From Chthonomonadales bacterium (GTDB lineage Bacteria > Armatimonadota > Chthonomonadetes > Chthonomonadales > CAJBBX01), in the NCBI GenBank assembly GCA_037443035.1, contig JBBIPC010000031.1:1-25728 (forward strand): a DNA stretch of 25,728 bases, read 5' to 3'. How positions within the stretch are numbered: the stretch's first letter is position 1; every line of letters begins with the position of its first letter. Under the pieces are notes generated by a model. It ran no database searches and was not told the DNA's origin. It saw nothing but the letters and a program-made list of their open reading frames with translations. Made by a program: the position numbers and the translations under genes. Shown here piece after piece: positions 1-7,429 of the stretch.

Positions 1-45
1 CGGCAGCTTAGACGCCTTCAGGACGAGGTGCTGATCGTTTCGTAG
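1..45 (+). CDS. Possible 3' end of an upstream gene (RQLRRLQDEVLIVS*), truncated by the window edge
   Basis: Frame 1 is open from base 1 to TAG at 43-45 and is followed immediately by a REP-like hairpin. Only 14 codons are visible. Confidence 0.3.
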   Translation, partial: RQLRRLQDEVLIVS

Positions 46-135
46 CGCAGGCGTCCTCGCCTGCATTGTCTGATTTCGCTGTGATGCAGCCGGGACGGCT
101 GCGCTAAGCGTCGGCAGCCGAGACGGCGGCGCTAG
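42..135. repeat. Cluster of three GTAG-family REP-like palindromes (one forward, two reverse)
   Basis: Copy 1 (+, 42-64): GTAG-C-GCAGGCG-TCCT-CGCCTGC. Copy 2 (-, 86-107): TTAG-C-GCAGCCG-TCC-CGGCTGC. Copy 3 (-, 114-135): CTAG-C-GCCGCCG-TCT-CGGCTGC. Each has a 7-bp stem (one mismatch in copy 3), and copies 1 and 2 differ by a compensatory pair. Confidence 0.75.
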
Positions 136-311
136 GTGGCCCCTGCCATTCCCCCGTGTCGAGGTGGATGCTCGGCCGCCTGGCCACCACCATCCAGCCA
201 TCCGCTGTTTCGGGTAAAGTGCTAGGCGAATGTCCCCGGATCTTGCGCTTCGAGCTGACCCGAGTGTCGGGGTGGACGGGATGGACCAAGGGTAAGGAAA
301 GGAAGACCGAC

Positions 312-1133
312 TTGGAACTGCTGATCTGCGGCACGGCGGCTGCCGAGGGCTGGCCGGCCCTGTTCTGTGTTTGCGACGCATGCGTCAAGGCCCGGGAGCT
401 GGGCGGGAAGAACATCCGCACGCGCTCGGCGTACATGATAGATGACCGCCTGCGCGTGGATTTCGGTCCGGACTCCTACCTGCACCAGCTCAAGTACGGG
501 CTACAGTACGAGAAGCTGGAGCACCTCATCATCACGCATGCCCACAGCGATCACTGGTACCCCACAGACGTCCACTACCGGCGCCGCGGCTATAGCGTCG
601 TGCCCAAGGACTCGCTACTGTACATCTGGGGCAACGAGAAGGTCTACCAGAAGTTCGAATCTGTCAATCCCGACCACTGGGACTCGTACAAGATCGTGTA
701 CAAGCGAATCACCCCCTGGCGGCGCATGGACCTGGGCCACGGCACGGTGGCTGTTCCCATCGCAGCGGCCCATGACACCAGCGAGGAATGCGTGAACTAC
801 GTCATCAGTCAGGGGGGCCGCACCCTCCTTATCGGACATGACACGGGTTGGTACGAGGAGCCGACGTGGATGTATCTCTCCGGTCAATCGCTCAACGTCA
901 TCCTCTTCGACTGCACCTACGGACCGAACGAGCACCCGCGCGGTCACCTGGGCTGCGAAGGGGTCGTCCGGGCGAGGGATGAACTAGCACGTCGCGGTGC
1001 TCTGGCCCCCGACGCCCGGGTGATCGCCACGCACTTCTCTCATAACGGCGGATGGCTTCATGAGGACCTCGAGAAGTACTTTTCGCCGCATGGGATCGAG
1101 GTCGCTTTCGACGGGATGCGCCTCACCGTCTGA
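312..1133 (+). CDS. MBL-fold metallo-hydrolase, PhnP-like phosphodiesterase family
   Basis: Motifs GTAAAEGWP, CVCDAC (CxCxxC Zn site), RTRS, THAHSDH (HxHxDH), HDTG, DCTYG and THFSH. Start re-placed at TTG 312, behind the purine-rich SD AAGGAAAGGAAG and at the family N-terminus (xxLxxGT). Confidence 0.85.
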   Translation: MELLICGTAAAEGWPALFCVCDACVKARELGGKNIRTRSAYMIDDRLRVDFGPDSYLHQLKYGLQYEKLEHLIITHAHSDHWYPTDVHYRRRGYSVVPKDSLLYIWGNEKVYQKFESVNPDHWDSYKIVYKRITPWRRMDLGHGTVAVPIAAAHDTSEECVNYVISQGGRTLLIGHDTGWYEEPTWMYLSGQSLNVILFDCTYGPNEHPRGHLGCEGVVRARDELARRGALAPDARVIATHFSHNGGWLHEDLEKYFSPHGIEVAFDGMRLTV

Positions 1134-1159
1134 CGATGCCAGACGCGTAGCCGATTGCC

Positions 1160-2179
1160 CTAGAGCCGGCCGAACAGTACGGCGCAGCCATAGGCGATTG
1201 CCGCCGCCGCAGGTAGTGTCAGGAGCCACGCCCCGACGACATTGGCTACAACCTTCCACCGAACAGCACTCAGGCGCCTGGACATGCCAACGCCCATGAT
1301 CGTGGAGGAGATCGTGTGGGTAGTGGAGATGGGAGCGCCGACGTGGCTTGCCGTCAAGATGATCGTGGCGGCACTGAACTCCGCCACGCATCCGTGAATG
1401 GGCTGTAGTTCCATCACCTTCCGGCCTACCGTCTTGATGATTCTCCACCCTCCCGCACCCGAGCCCAATCCCATGGCAGTGGCACAGGCCACCATGACCC
1501 AGAAGGGGATGTGAAACTCCGCCGGGTGCGGACCACCGTGGGCCGCCGCTGAAGCACTGAAGAGGGCCATGGCGATGACTCCCATGGACTTCTGCCCATC
1601 GTTGGAACCGTGGCTGAGCGCCATGAGCCCTGCGGATAGCACCTGAATCATACGGAAACGGCGATTGACCTTCGTTGGCGAGGAGCGGCCGAAGATCCAC
1701 AGGAACAGAATCATCGTGATGCACGCACCGACGATGCCAACGATGGGCGACAAGATCAGGCCCACAAAGACCTTCTTGGTTCCCTCGATATGGAGGACAC
1801 CAAGACCACGCGACCCAGCCACAGCGCCGATGATACCGCCGATGATGGCGTGGGTCGAACTGGTGGGCAGGCCCCAGTGCCAGGTGATTAGGTCCCAGAC
1901 GATGGCGCCCAGCAGGGCAGCCGCTACCACCTGATGGGTCACATTCTGCGGGTCCACGATACCCTTGCCCATGGTGGTGGCCACCGCTGTACTGCTCAGC
2001 GCTCCGACGAAGTTCAGTCCTGCACAGAGCAATACGGCGCTACGGATGGTGAGAGCACGAGTGAGGACCGAAGTCGCAATGGCATTGGCCGCGTCGTGGA
2101 ACCCGTTGACATACTCGAAGAGCAGTGCGAGAGCTACGACTGTGACGATCCATCCGTCCACCGTCAGGAGCCACTCCAA
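1160..2179 (-). CDS. pit: Inorganic phosphate transporter, PiT family
   Basis: N- and C-terminal PiT signatures NGFHDAANAIAT and HGSNDGQK, plus GLPTSSTH and GAPISTTH. Strongly hydrophobic, TTG start, directly downstream of a DUF47 gene. Confidence 0.95.
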   Translation of the reverse strand: MEWLLTVDGWIVTVVALALLFEYVNGFHDAANAIATSVLTRALTIRSAVLLCAGLNFVGALSSTAVATTMGKGIVDPQNVTHQVVAAALLGAIVWDLITWHWGLPTSSTHAIIGGIIGAVAGSRGLGVLHIEGTKKVFVGLILSPIVGIVGACITMILFLWIFGRSSPTKVNRRFRMIQVLSAGLMALSHGSNDGQKSMGVIAMALFSASAAAHGGPHPAEFHIPFWVMVACATAMGLGSGAGGWRIIKTVGRKVMELQPIHGCVAEFSAATIILTASHVGAPISTTHTISSTIMGVGMSRRLSAVRWKVVANVVGAWLLTLPAAAAIAYGCAVLFGRL

Positions 2180-2201
2180 AATAGACCCGGCAGAGCAACC
2201 T

Positions 2202-2861
2202 TCACGAGTTCTTCACCAGCGCAGCTTCTATGCAGTTGACCGTGTCCTCTGTGTGGTCAATGGCCTCCTCCACGTAATCGAGGATCTCCTTCCACTTGAT
2301 GACCTCGATAGGGTCGGCCTCCTGCCCGAACAGCGCTGCCAATCCCTGCTTCAATAGCTGGTCACCCTTGTTCTCCAGGGCGTTGACGTCCTCGATGAAC
2401 TGAACATTGGAGTCCCTGAGCCTTGGCAAGAGCTTCACGCCTTCGTTGAGGGCGTACGTTGCCTCCACAAGAACCGCGGACAGGTTCACTGCTGCCTCAG
2501 GAATGGTCTTGACTCTGTAGAGCACCGTCCGATCTACTGCTGCTCTGGTGAAGTCCACAACGCTGTCCAGTTCATCCGCCAGGTCTATGATGTCATTGCG
2601 ATCGAACATGATCGGTGTCACGAAGGTTCGGTTCAGGCGTCGCGTGCACTCGTGCTTGAACTCGTCCACTTCGTGCTCGAGTTGGCTAATCGAGTCTCGG
2701 AGAGCCTCCAAGTTCTCGGCACCAGCGAAGACCTTCTGAAGGATGAGAGCGGCTTGGTAGGCGCGCTCGCTCATTTCCAGGAACAAATGGAAGAACTCCT
2801 CCTCGCGGGGGAGGAAGAAGTGCATCAGACGCTGGATGCTACCAGCTACACCGTGAGCCAC
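2202..2861 (-). CDS. DUF47 family phosphate transport regulator (PhoU-like, Pit accessory protein)
   Basis: Motifs LPREEEFFHLF, LEHEVDE, LNRTFVTP-FDRNDI, LENKGD and IKWKEILDYVEEAID. Canonical position upstream of pit. Start placed at GTG 2861 after SD GAGGGAG; ATG 2825 is the alternative. Confidence 0.9.
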   Translation of the reverse strand: MAHGVAGSIQRLMHFFLPREEEFFHLFLEMSERAYQAALILQKVFAGAENLEALRDSISQLEHEVDEFKHECTRRLNRTFVTPIMFDRNDIIDLADELDSVVDFTRAAVDRTVLYRVKTIPEAAVNLSAVLVEATYALNEGVKLLPRLRDSNVQFIEDVNALENKGDQLLKQGLAALFGQEADPIEVIKWKEILDYVEEAIDHTEDTVNCIEAALVKNS

Positions 2862-3101
2862 GTGCTGCTCCCTCTGGGTACCTACGTCGGACGGCGAGAG
2901 CGAGCCATCCGCGGGGGCCCATGTCGAACGTGTGGTATGCCTATTGTACCGCCAGCGGTTGCCTGGATTCATGGCTCGTGCCAGATTCCACAAGCGTCAT
3001 TCCTGGCCTCGGGGATCGAGGACCGTCGCCATAATGCTTAGCAGGAGATGTGCACACCACGTCGAATCAGTATCCCGTAACACGGCCCCGGTAACGCACT
3101 T
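2862..3101. promoter_or_regulatory. Divergent intergenic control region with candidate -10 boxes
   Basis: TACAAT on the minus strand (2943-2948) faces DUF47-pit, and CATAAT on the plus strand (3030-3035) faces the ABC operon. The corresponding -35 matches are poor. Confidence 0.3.
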
Positions 3102-4145
3102 GTGAGCGACGATACCTCCCTCCCATCGGGCAAGAAACGGCTCGGGCAGATCCTCTGGATCGCAGTCCTGCTGGCTGGTGCAGCAGGGGTCGTGTACGCG
3201 TATCTGCGATGGACGTGGGTGGAGGTCCAACCGCTCTGTGTGGCGACGGCAGTGCCCGAGCGCCCACGCTCGGCGGGCGGCGTCTGGTACTGGATCGAAC
3301 CGACGCCGCGGGAATGCCTCCTCGTCCGTTTCGACGGGAAGCGGACGGCGCTGGCGCGAAGCCCGCGTATTGCCGCTTACTGGCCAAGTAGCAAGGCGCT
3401 CGCCTGGATCGCCGCCGATGGCAAGGGCTGGCAGGTGCACCGAGCGAGCCCTGACGGCTCGGGTGCGACGACGCTCTTCCGTTCAGACCATCCGCTGGAC
3501 GGTATCTGGACCGATGGGATGACCACTGCGTGGCTAGAGAAGCTGCCACCCCCGAAGACGACGGCTCGATTCCTGCCGCCCATCGGACCGCGGACGGTCG
3601 TATGGATGCACGACGGACGAACCAGTCGGAAGGTGGCGGTGCTGCAAGAGGGTTTCGCACAGGGGCAGGTCGTGGGGGCGGTCCGGGACACGCTCTACGT
3701 TGCAGGATCGAGGGAGGACGGTATCGGTGTTACGGTGGTCTATGCCATCGCGCACAACTCCCCGCCTCAGCGGTTGCTCAGCGAGTACGGCACCATCTCA
3801 GTGGCGCTCCATGGCGAAGAGCTGGTCTGGACGGCTCCCAGCCGCGAGTCGAATACCCTCTTGACAGCGTGCCTCCGTACCATGGACCTTCGGAATGGGG
3901 TCATCCGGACAGCAGCTGAGTGGCTTCCCGCGGGAGGCGTCCTCTACCGACGTGGTGCTGACTGGATTCTGTGCACTGGCTTGACCGAGACTGCGTGGCA
4001 GGTGGACGAGGTTCAGAAGGGGGGGCACCCCCTGTCGGTACCGGACGACCAGTGGCCGATTGCAGCCGACGAGCATGGATTGCTGGCAGTGCAAAGGCAG
4101 AAGACGCCGGGCCGAGTCATGGTCAGTAGGATTCTGTACCGATGA
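3102..4145 (+). CDS. Hypothetical membrane-anchored protein, probable extracytoplasmic beta-propeller
   Basis: KKR followed by one hydrophobic helix (ILWIAVLLAGAAGVVYAYL), then recurring strand motifs VWYWIE, LAWIA, TAWLE, LYVAG and LVWTA. Its stop overlaps the next ATG (ATGA, 4142-4145). Confidence 0.7.
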   Translation: MSDDTSLPSGKKRLGQILWIAVLLAGAAGVVYAYLRWTWVEVQPLCVATAVPERPRSAGGVWYWIEPTPRECLLVRFDGKRTALARSPRIAAYWPSSKALAWIAADGKGWQVHRASPDGSGATTLFRSDHPLDGIWTDGMTTAWLEKLPPPKTTARFLPPIGPRTVVWMHDGRTSRKVAVLQEGFAQGQVVGAVRDTLYVAGSREDGIGVTVVYAIAHNSPPQRLLSEYGTISVALHGEELVWTAPSRESNTLLTACLRTMDLRNGVIRTAAEWLPAGGVLYRRGADWILCTGLTETAWQVDEVQKGGHPLSVPDDQWPIAADEHGLLAVQRQKTPGRVMVSRILYR

Positions 4146-5263
4146 AGCGTGGGTTGCAGCGCAGCGTCAGCCCCAGGGCGGCCGCAACAGTCATCCTCCT
4201 CGTGCTCGCTGCCGTGCAGGCGTGGTGGTGGCGGGCTTTCATCTGGCGTCCGCAGCTTCCTTCCGGTGTCTCTGCGACACCCATGACACCCATGCCGCCA
4301 GGACCGCAGATAGAGCAAGGCCGGAAAGATGTCGAGGTAGAGACCATCGCAGGTGCCGTCGAGCCGGGACTCGCCGACGGTATTGGGCGGGATGCTCGCT
4401 TCGATTCGCCTGCAGGGATTGCCATGGACGGTGCTGGCAACCTGTACGTGGCCGACTCCAGGAACCACCGTATTCGCTTGGTACGGCCCGACAACCACAC
4501 ATTCACGCTAGCTGGTGCTGGCGAAGGCTACCTGGATGGTCCTGCCTCGACAGCTCGGTTCCGTTTTCCATGCGGCGTCGCAGTAGCCGAGGACGGGTCC
4601 GTGTATGTCGCCGATACCGGCAATCACTGCGTTCGCGTCATTCGCAACGGCCAGGTTTCGACCCTGGCAGGCGGGCGACAGGGCTATGCTGCTGGCAGTG
4701 GGTCCCAGGCAGCGTTCGACACTCCACTCTCCGTTGCTCTCACGCCTGGATCTCCCGGGACACTCCTCGTGGCTGACTGGGGAAACAGCCGGATTCGGCG
4801 GGTTAGCTTGGACGGTCAGGTAGATGCGGGCACCCCAACGCCAGGGCGTCCTGTGTCGGTAGTTGGTGGTAGCAGATGGGCTGTGACGGTGCCCGACGGA
4901 GGTCTCGTTTTCGGCGCATGGGGAACCCTGAAAGGTATCAGAACGGCAGTGGAGGGCATGGCCGTAGCGCATCCTGGCGTTGCCTTGCCCATATCCATAC
5001 AGGGCGAGACAGGCTGGCTCATGGCCGACGCTGACCAGGGAGCGGTCCTCTTGGTCCACGGCACGGTTGCCGAGGTGCTGGCCGGCGGGTTCCAGAATCC
5101 GGGCAACATGCTGGCCTGGCGTGATTTCTCCGGCGAACAGGCCCGGTTCGGCAGGATCGGCGGTTTGGCGCTCGATGGGCGCGGACGCATCTATGTGAGC
5201 GACACCGATTCCAATAGTATCCGTCGGGTGACCGTGCCCGAGCTTGTCCAGGGAAAGGAGTAG
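4142..5263 (+). CDS. NHL-repeat six-bladed beta-propeller protein with N-terminal membrane anchor
   Basis: Four clear NHL repeats (ARFDSPAGIAMDGAGNLYVADSRNHRIR; ARFRFPCGVAVAEDGSVYVADTGNHCVR; AAFDTPLSVAL..LLVADWGNSRIR; ARFGRIGGLALDGRGRIYVSDTDSNSIR) and two degenerate ones. TM helix and Pro-rich linker at the N-terminus. Confidence 0.9.
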   Translation: MKRGLQRSVSPRAAATVILLVLAAVQAWWWRAFIWRPQLPSGVSATPMTPMPPGPQIEQGRKDVEVETIAGAVEPGLADGIGRDARFDSPAGIAMDGAGNLYVADSRNHRIRLVRPDNHTFTLAGAGEGYLDGPASTARFRFPCGVAVAEDGSVYVADTGNHCVRVIRNGQVSTLAGGRQGYAAGSGSQAAFDTPLSVALTPGSPGTLLVADWGNSRIRRVSLDGQVDAGTPTPGRPVSVVGGSRWAVTVPDGGLVFGAWGTLKGIRTAVEGMAVAHPGVALPISIQGETGWLMADADQGAVLLVHGTVAEVLAGGFQNPGNMLAWRDFSGEQARFGRIGGLALDGRGRIYVSDTDSNSIRRVTVPELVQGKE

Positions 5264-5268
5264 CTGCG

Positions 5269-6162
5269 CTGAACGTCGAGATAGAAGGGCTCCGCAGGGA
5301 TTACGAAGGCGGAGTTGTGGGGCTATACGAGACCGATCTCACCATAGGCGAGGGCATCTTCGCATTGCTGGGGCCCAACGGTGCAGGCAAGAGCACACTC
5401 ATGTCCATGTTGGCGACCCTCCTGGAGCCGACTCGCGGTACCGCCCGCGTCGGAGGTTACGATATTCGACGCCGCAAGGACAAGGTCCGGGAGATACTGG
5501 GCTACCTGCCGCAGGACTTCGGTCTCTACCCATCCCTGACCGTGTATGAGACTCTGGACTACATCGGCCTGCTCTATAACCAACGAGACGCGGCGCTCCG
5601 CTCCCAGCGCATCGAGGAGGCCATTGCGCGCGTGAACCTAGGCGAGGTTCGCGACAGGCTCGTTGCCTACCTGTCGGGGGGCATGCATCAGCGAGTAGGA
5701 CTGGCGCAGGCGCTCATCAACGACCCTCGGCTGCTCATTGTGGACGAACCGACGACGGGCCTGGATCCTGAAGAGCGCGTACGGGTCCGCTCCATGCTTA
5801 CGGAGTTGGGCCGCGATCGGGTCGTCATACTCTCCACCCACCTCATCGAGGATGTCGCTGCCATCGCCGATACCGTTGCCGTTCTCCATCGCGGCAAGAT
5901 CCGCTACGTCGGCACGCCGTCGGGTATGCGAGAGACCCTCCGTGGACGGGTCTGGGAGATAACCGCCTCCGGCGACAACCTGGCGGACATCCGGCGTAGC
6001 TTCACAGAGACTGCACTGCAACGAGACGGCGATAGGGTCCGCATTCGGGTGCTGTCCGAGACCGCACCTGCCGCAGATGCCCAGCCTGTCGAACCGACTC
6101 TCGACGATGCCTACATAGGTCTCATGCGTGAGGAGGCTGGTGAGCGCCAGCATGATGGCTAG
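5269..6162 (+). CDS. ABC transporter ATP-binding protein (ABC-2/CcmA-like exporter type)
   Basis: Walker A GPNGAGKST, Q-loop YLPQDF, signature LSGGMHQR, Walker B LLIVDEPTTGLD and H-loop LSTH. Start proposed at CTG 5269 (SD AAGGAG at 5255-5260, 8-nt spacer), which restores the first strand NVEIEGLRRDY. The ORF track starts at GTG 5317. Confidence 0.93.
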   Translation: MNVEIEGLRRDYEGGVVGLYETDLTIGEGIFALLGPNGAGKSTLMSMLATLLEPTRGTARVGGYDIRRRKDKVREILGYLPQDFGLYPSLTVYETLDYIGLLYNQRDAALRSQRIEEAIARVNLGEVRDRLVAYLSGGMHQRVGLAQALINDPRLLIVDEPTTGLDPEERVRVRSMLTELGRDRVVILSTHLIEDVAAIADTVAVLHRGKIRYVGTPSGMRETLRGRVWEITASGDNLADIRRSFTETALQRDGDRVRIRVLSETAPAADAQPVEPTLDDAYIGLMREEAGERQHDG

Positions 6163-7429
6163 TCCAGGAGCCTCGCCCCTCTGGATGCTCGTCCGCGCAG
6201 AAGCACGCATCGGACTGCGTGGCGTCCCTCTACGCGCTGCTGTGCTCCTCAGTATCGTTCTGGGGTGGGCAGTCGGCAACGCCTCTGGTGCAGGCGCAGG
6301 ACTCTCGGCCCTGGCGACGGGGGACGCCGCATCCACCTACCTCGCACTTGTCGTGGTCTACTGGATGGCGATGATTGCATGTCGGGACCAGGCCGTCTCG
6401 GCTGCTGCGATCGTGCTCTCCAAGCCCCAGCCCACGGAGCGCCTGGTCGTGTCGCGCTTTCTCGGCGGCTATCTTCAGGTCCTTGCGCTCCTGCTAACCC
6501 TGTTCGTTGGGGCGGCGCTATCTCGTTGGTGGCACGCCGGCACACTGGCGGGATTCGCCGCCTATGGTATTCAGTTCTTCCGCGCCGCGGTGGTCCTGTT
6601 CTTCGCCGCATCGGCGTCCTACACTTTGGCCTTGTTGGCTGGCACGCCGCTAGCCGGTGCTCTGGCCGGCATGTACTGGTTGGTGACTCTGGCCGGTCAG
6701 GACTACCTGGCCAAGGTGTACTACCCGTATTACACGCAGAACCTCCCGGCATTCGGGTTCGCGGGCGTCTTCCTCATCTCGATGGCGGCGCTCTTGCATC
6801 GTCGTTCGCGGCGTGGTGCGCTCTGCGCGCCGATAGGTTATCGCCTTGCTCCCTGGCTGACTTTGTTGCTAGTCGTCATGGCGGTCAGACCTATCATCGT
6901 TCACGGCCACGATCCCCTCATGCGTCTGTCGCCGCTCATGGAGGAGATGGGTCGCCAGGACGCCTCCTTGCTGGGCCGATCCCCAGGATTCACGCTGCCG
7001 GATCAGCACGGCAGGCTCGTTTCGCTCTCCGGTACGCCGGGGCGGGTCTTCGTGATCGCGCTCCTGGAGCCGCGGACGGAAGAGGGCGTTCGCTTGCTGG
7101 ACAGGCTGCGGGATCTCCACGAGAGGTATGGCTCACGCGGCGTTCTGCCCTTGGCAGTGTGCATTGCCAACGACCAGGGGGCGGCCAGAGTCGTGGCAAT
7201 GGGTGAGCGGCTGCGGTATCCGGTGCTGGTGGACTGGGGCACGCATCACGCTCCAAGAGCAGCAGATAGGTCCCCCATCGCGGGGGCCTTCAGGGTGAGC
7301 GACATGCCAAGCGTTGTCGTGACAGACCGGAGGCGGCGTATCCGGGACATTCTGGAAGGGATCGGCACCTACGATGGTCCCGGCCTCGAGGAGGCAGTGT
7401 TGCGCCGACTGGCGGAGGAGCCTGAATGA
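6152..7429 (+). CDS. ABC-2 type permease fused to a C-terminal redoxin/TlpA-like thioredoxin-fold domain lacking CxxC
   Basis: About 7 TM segments with the ABC-2 coupling motif RD..SAAAIVLSKPQPTERLVVSRFLG. The C-terminal domain reads PGFTLPDQHGRLVSLS..GRVFVI..LRDLHERYGSRGV..LRYPVLVD..FRVSDMPSVVVTDRRRRIR. Start uncertain (6140, 6152 or 6155); overlaps the ATPase stop. Confidence 0.8.
   Translation: MMASPGASPLWMLVRAEARIGLRGVPLRAAVLLSIVLGWAVGNASGAGAGLSALATGDAASTYLALVVVYWMAMIACRDQAVSAAAIVLSKPQPTERLVVSRFLGGYLQVLALLLTLFVGAALSRWWHAGTLAGFAAYGIQFFRAAVVLFFAASASYTLALLAGTPLAGALAGMYWLVTLAGQDYLAKVYYPYYTQNLPAFGFAGVFLISMAALLHRRSRRGALCAPIGYRLAPWLTLLLVVMAVRPIIVHGHDPLMRLSPLMEEMGRQDASLLGRSPGFTLPDQHGRLVSLSGTPGRVFVIALLEPRTEEGVRLLDRLRDLHERYGSRGVLPLAVCIANDQGAARVVAMGERLRYPVLVDWGTHHAPRAADRSPIAGAFRVSDMPSVVVTDRRRRIRDILEGIGTYDGPGLEEAVLRRLAEEPE

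Noticed and set aside
42..135. CRISPR mini-array
   Set aside because: The repeats are in mixed orientation, the spacers are 21 and 6 nt, and no cas genes are present. REP elements fit better.
136..300. Possible structured ncRNA (TGGATG/CATCCA and CCATCC/GGATGG complementarity)
   Set aside because: Only short stems expected by chance at this GC content, with no recognisable RNA family.
156..311. N-terminal extension of the MBL-fold ORF
   Set aside because: The family N-terminus and a strong SD both point to TTG 312.
2862..2993. N-terminal extension of the DUF47 ORF, and a possible Pho box upstream
   Set aside because: The extension has no family resemblance and the SD supports GTG 2861. Only a single GTCAT half-site (2996-3000) is present, with no 11-bp-spaced repeat.
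3043..3094. AGGAG followed by tiny ORFs (MCTPRRISIP* and VHTTSNQYPVTRPR*) as leader peptides
   Set aside because: SD-to-start spacing of 0-2 nt is too short, and there is no attenuator structure.
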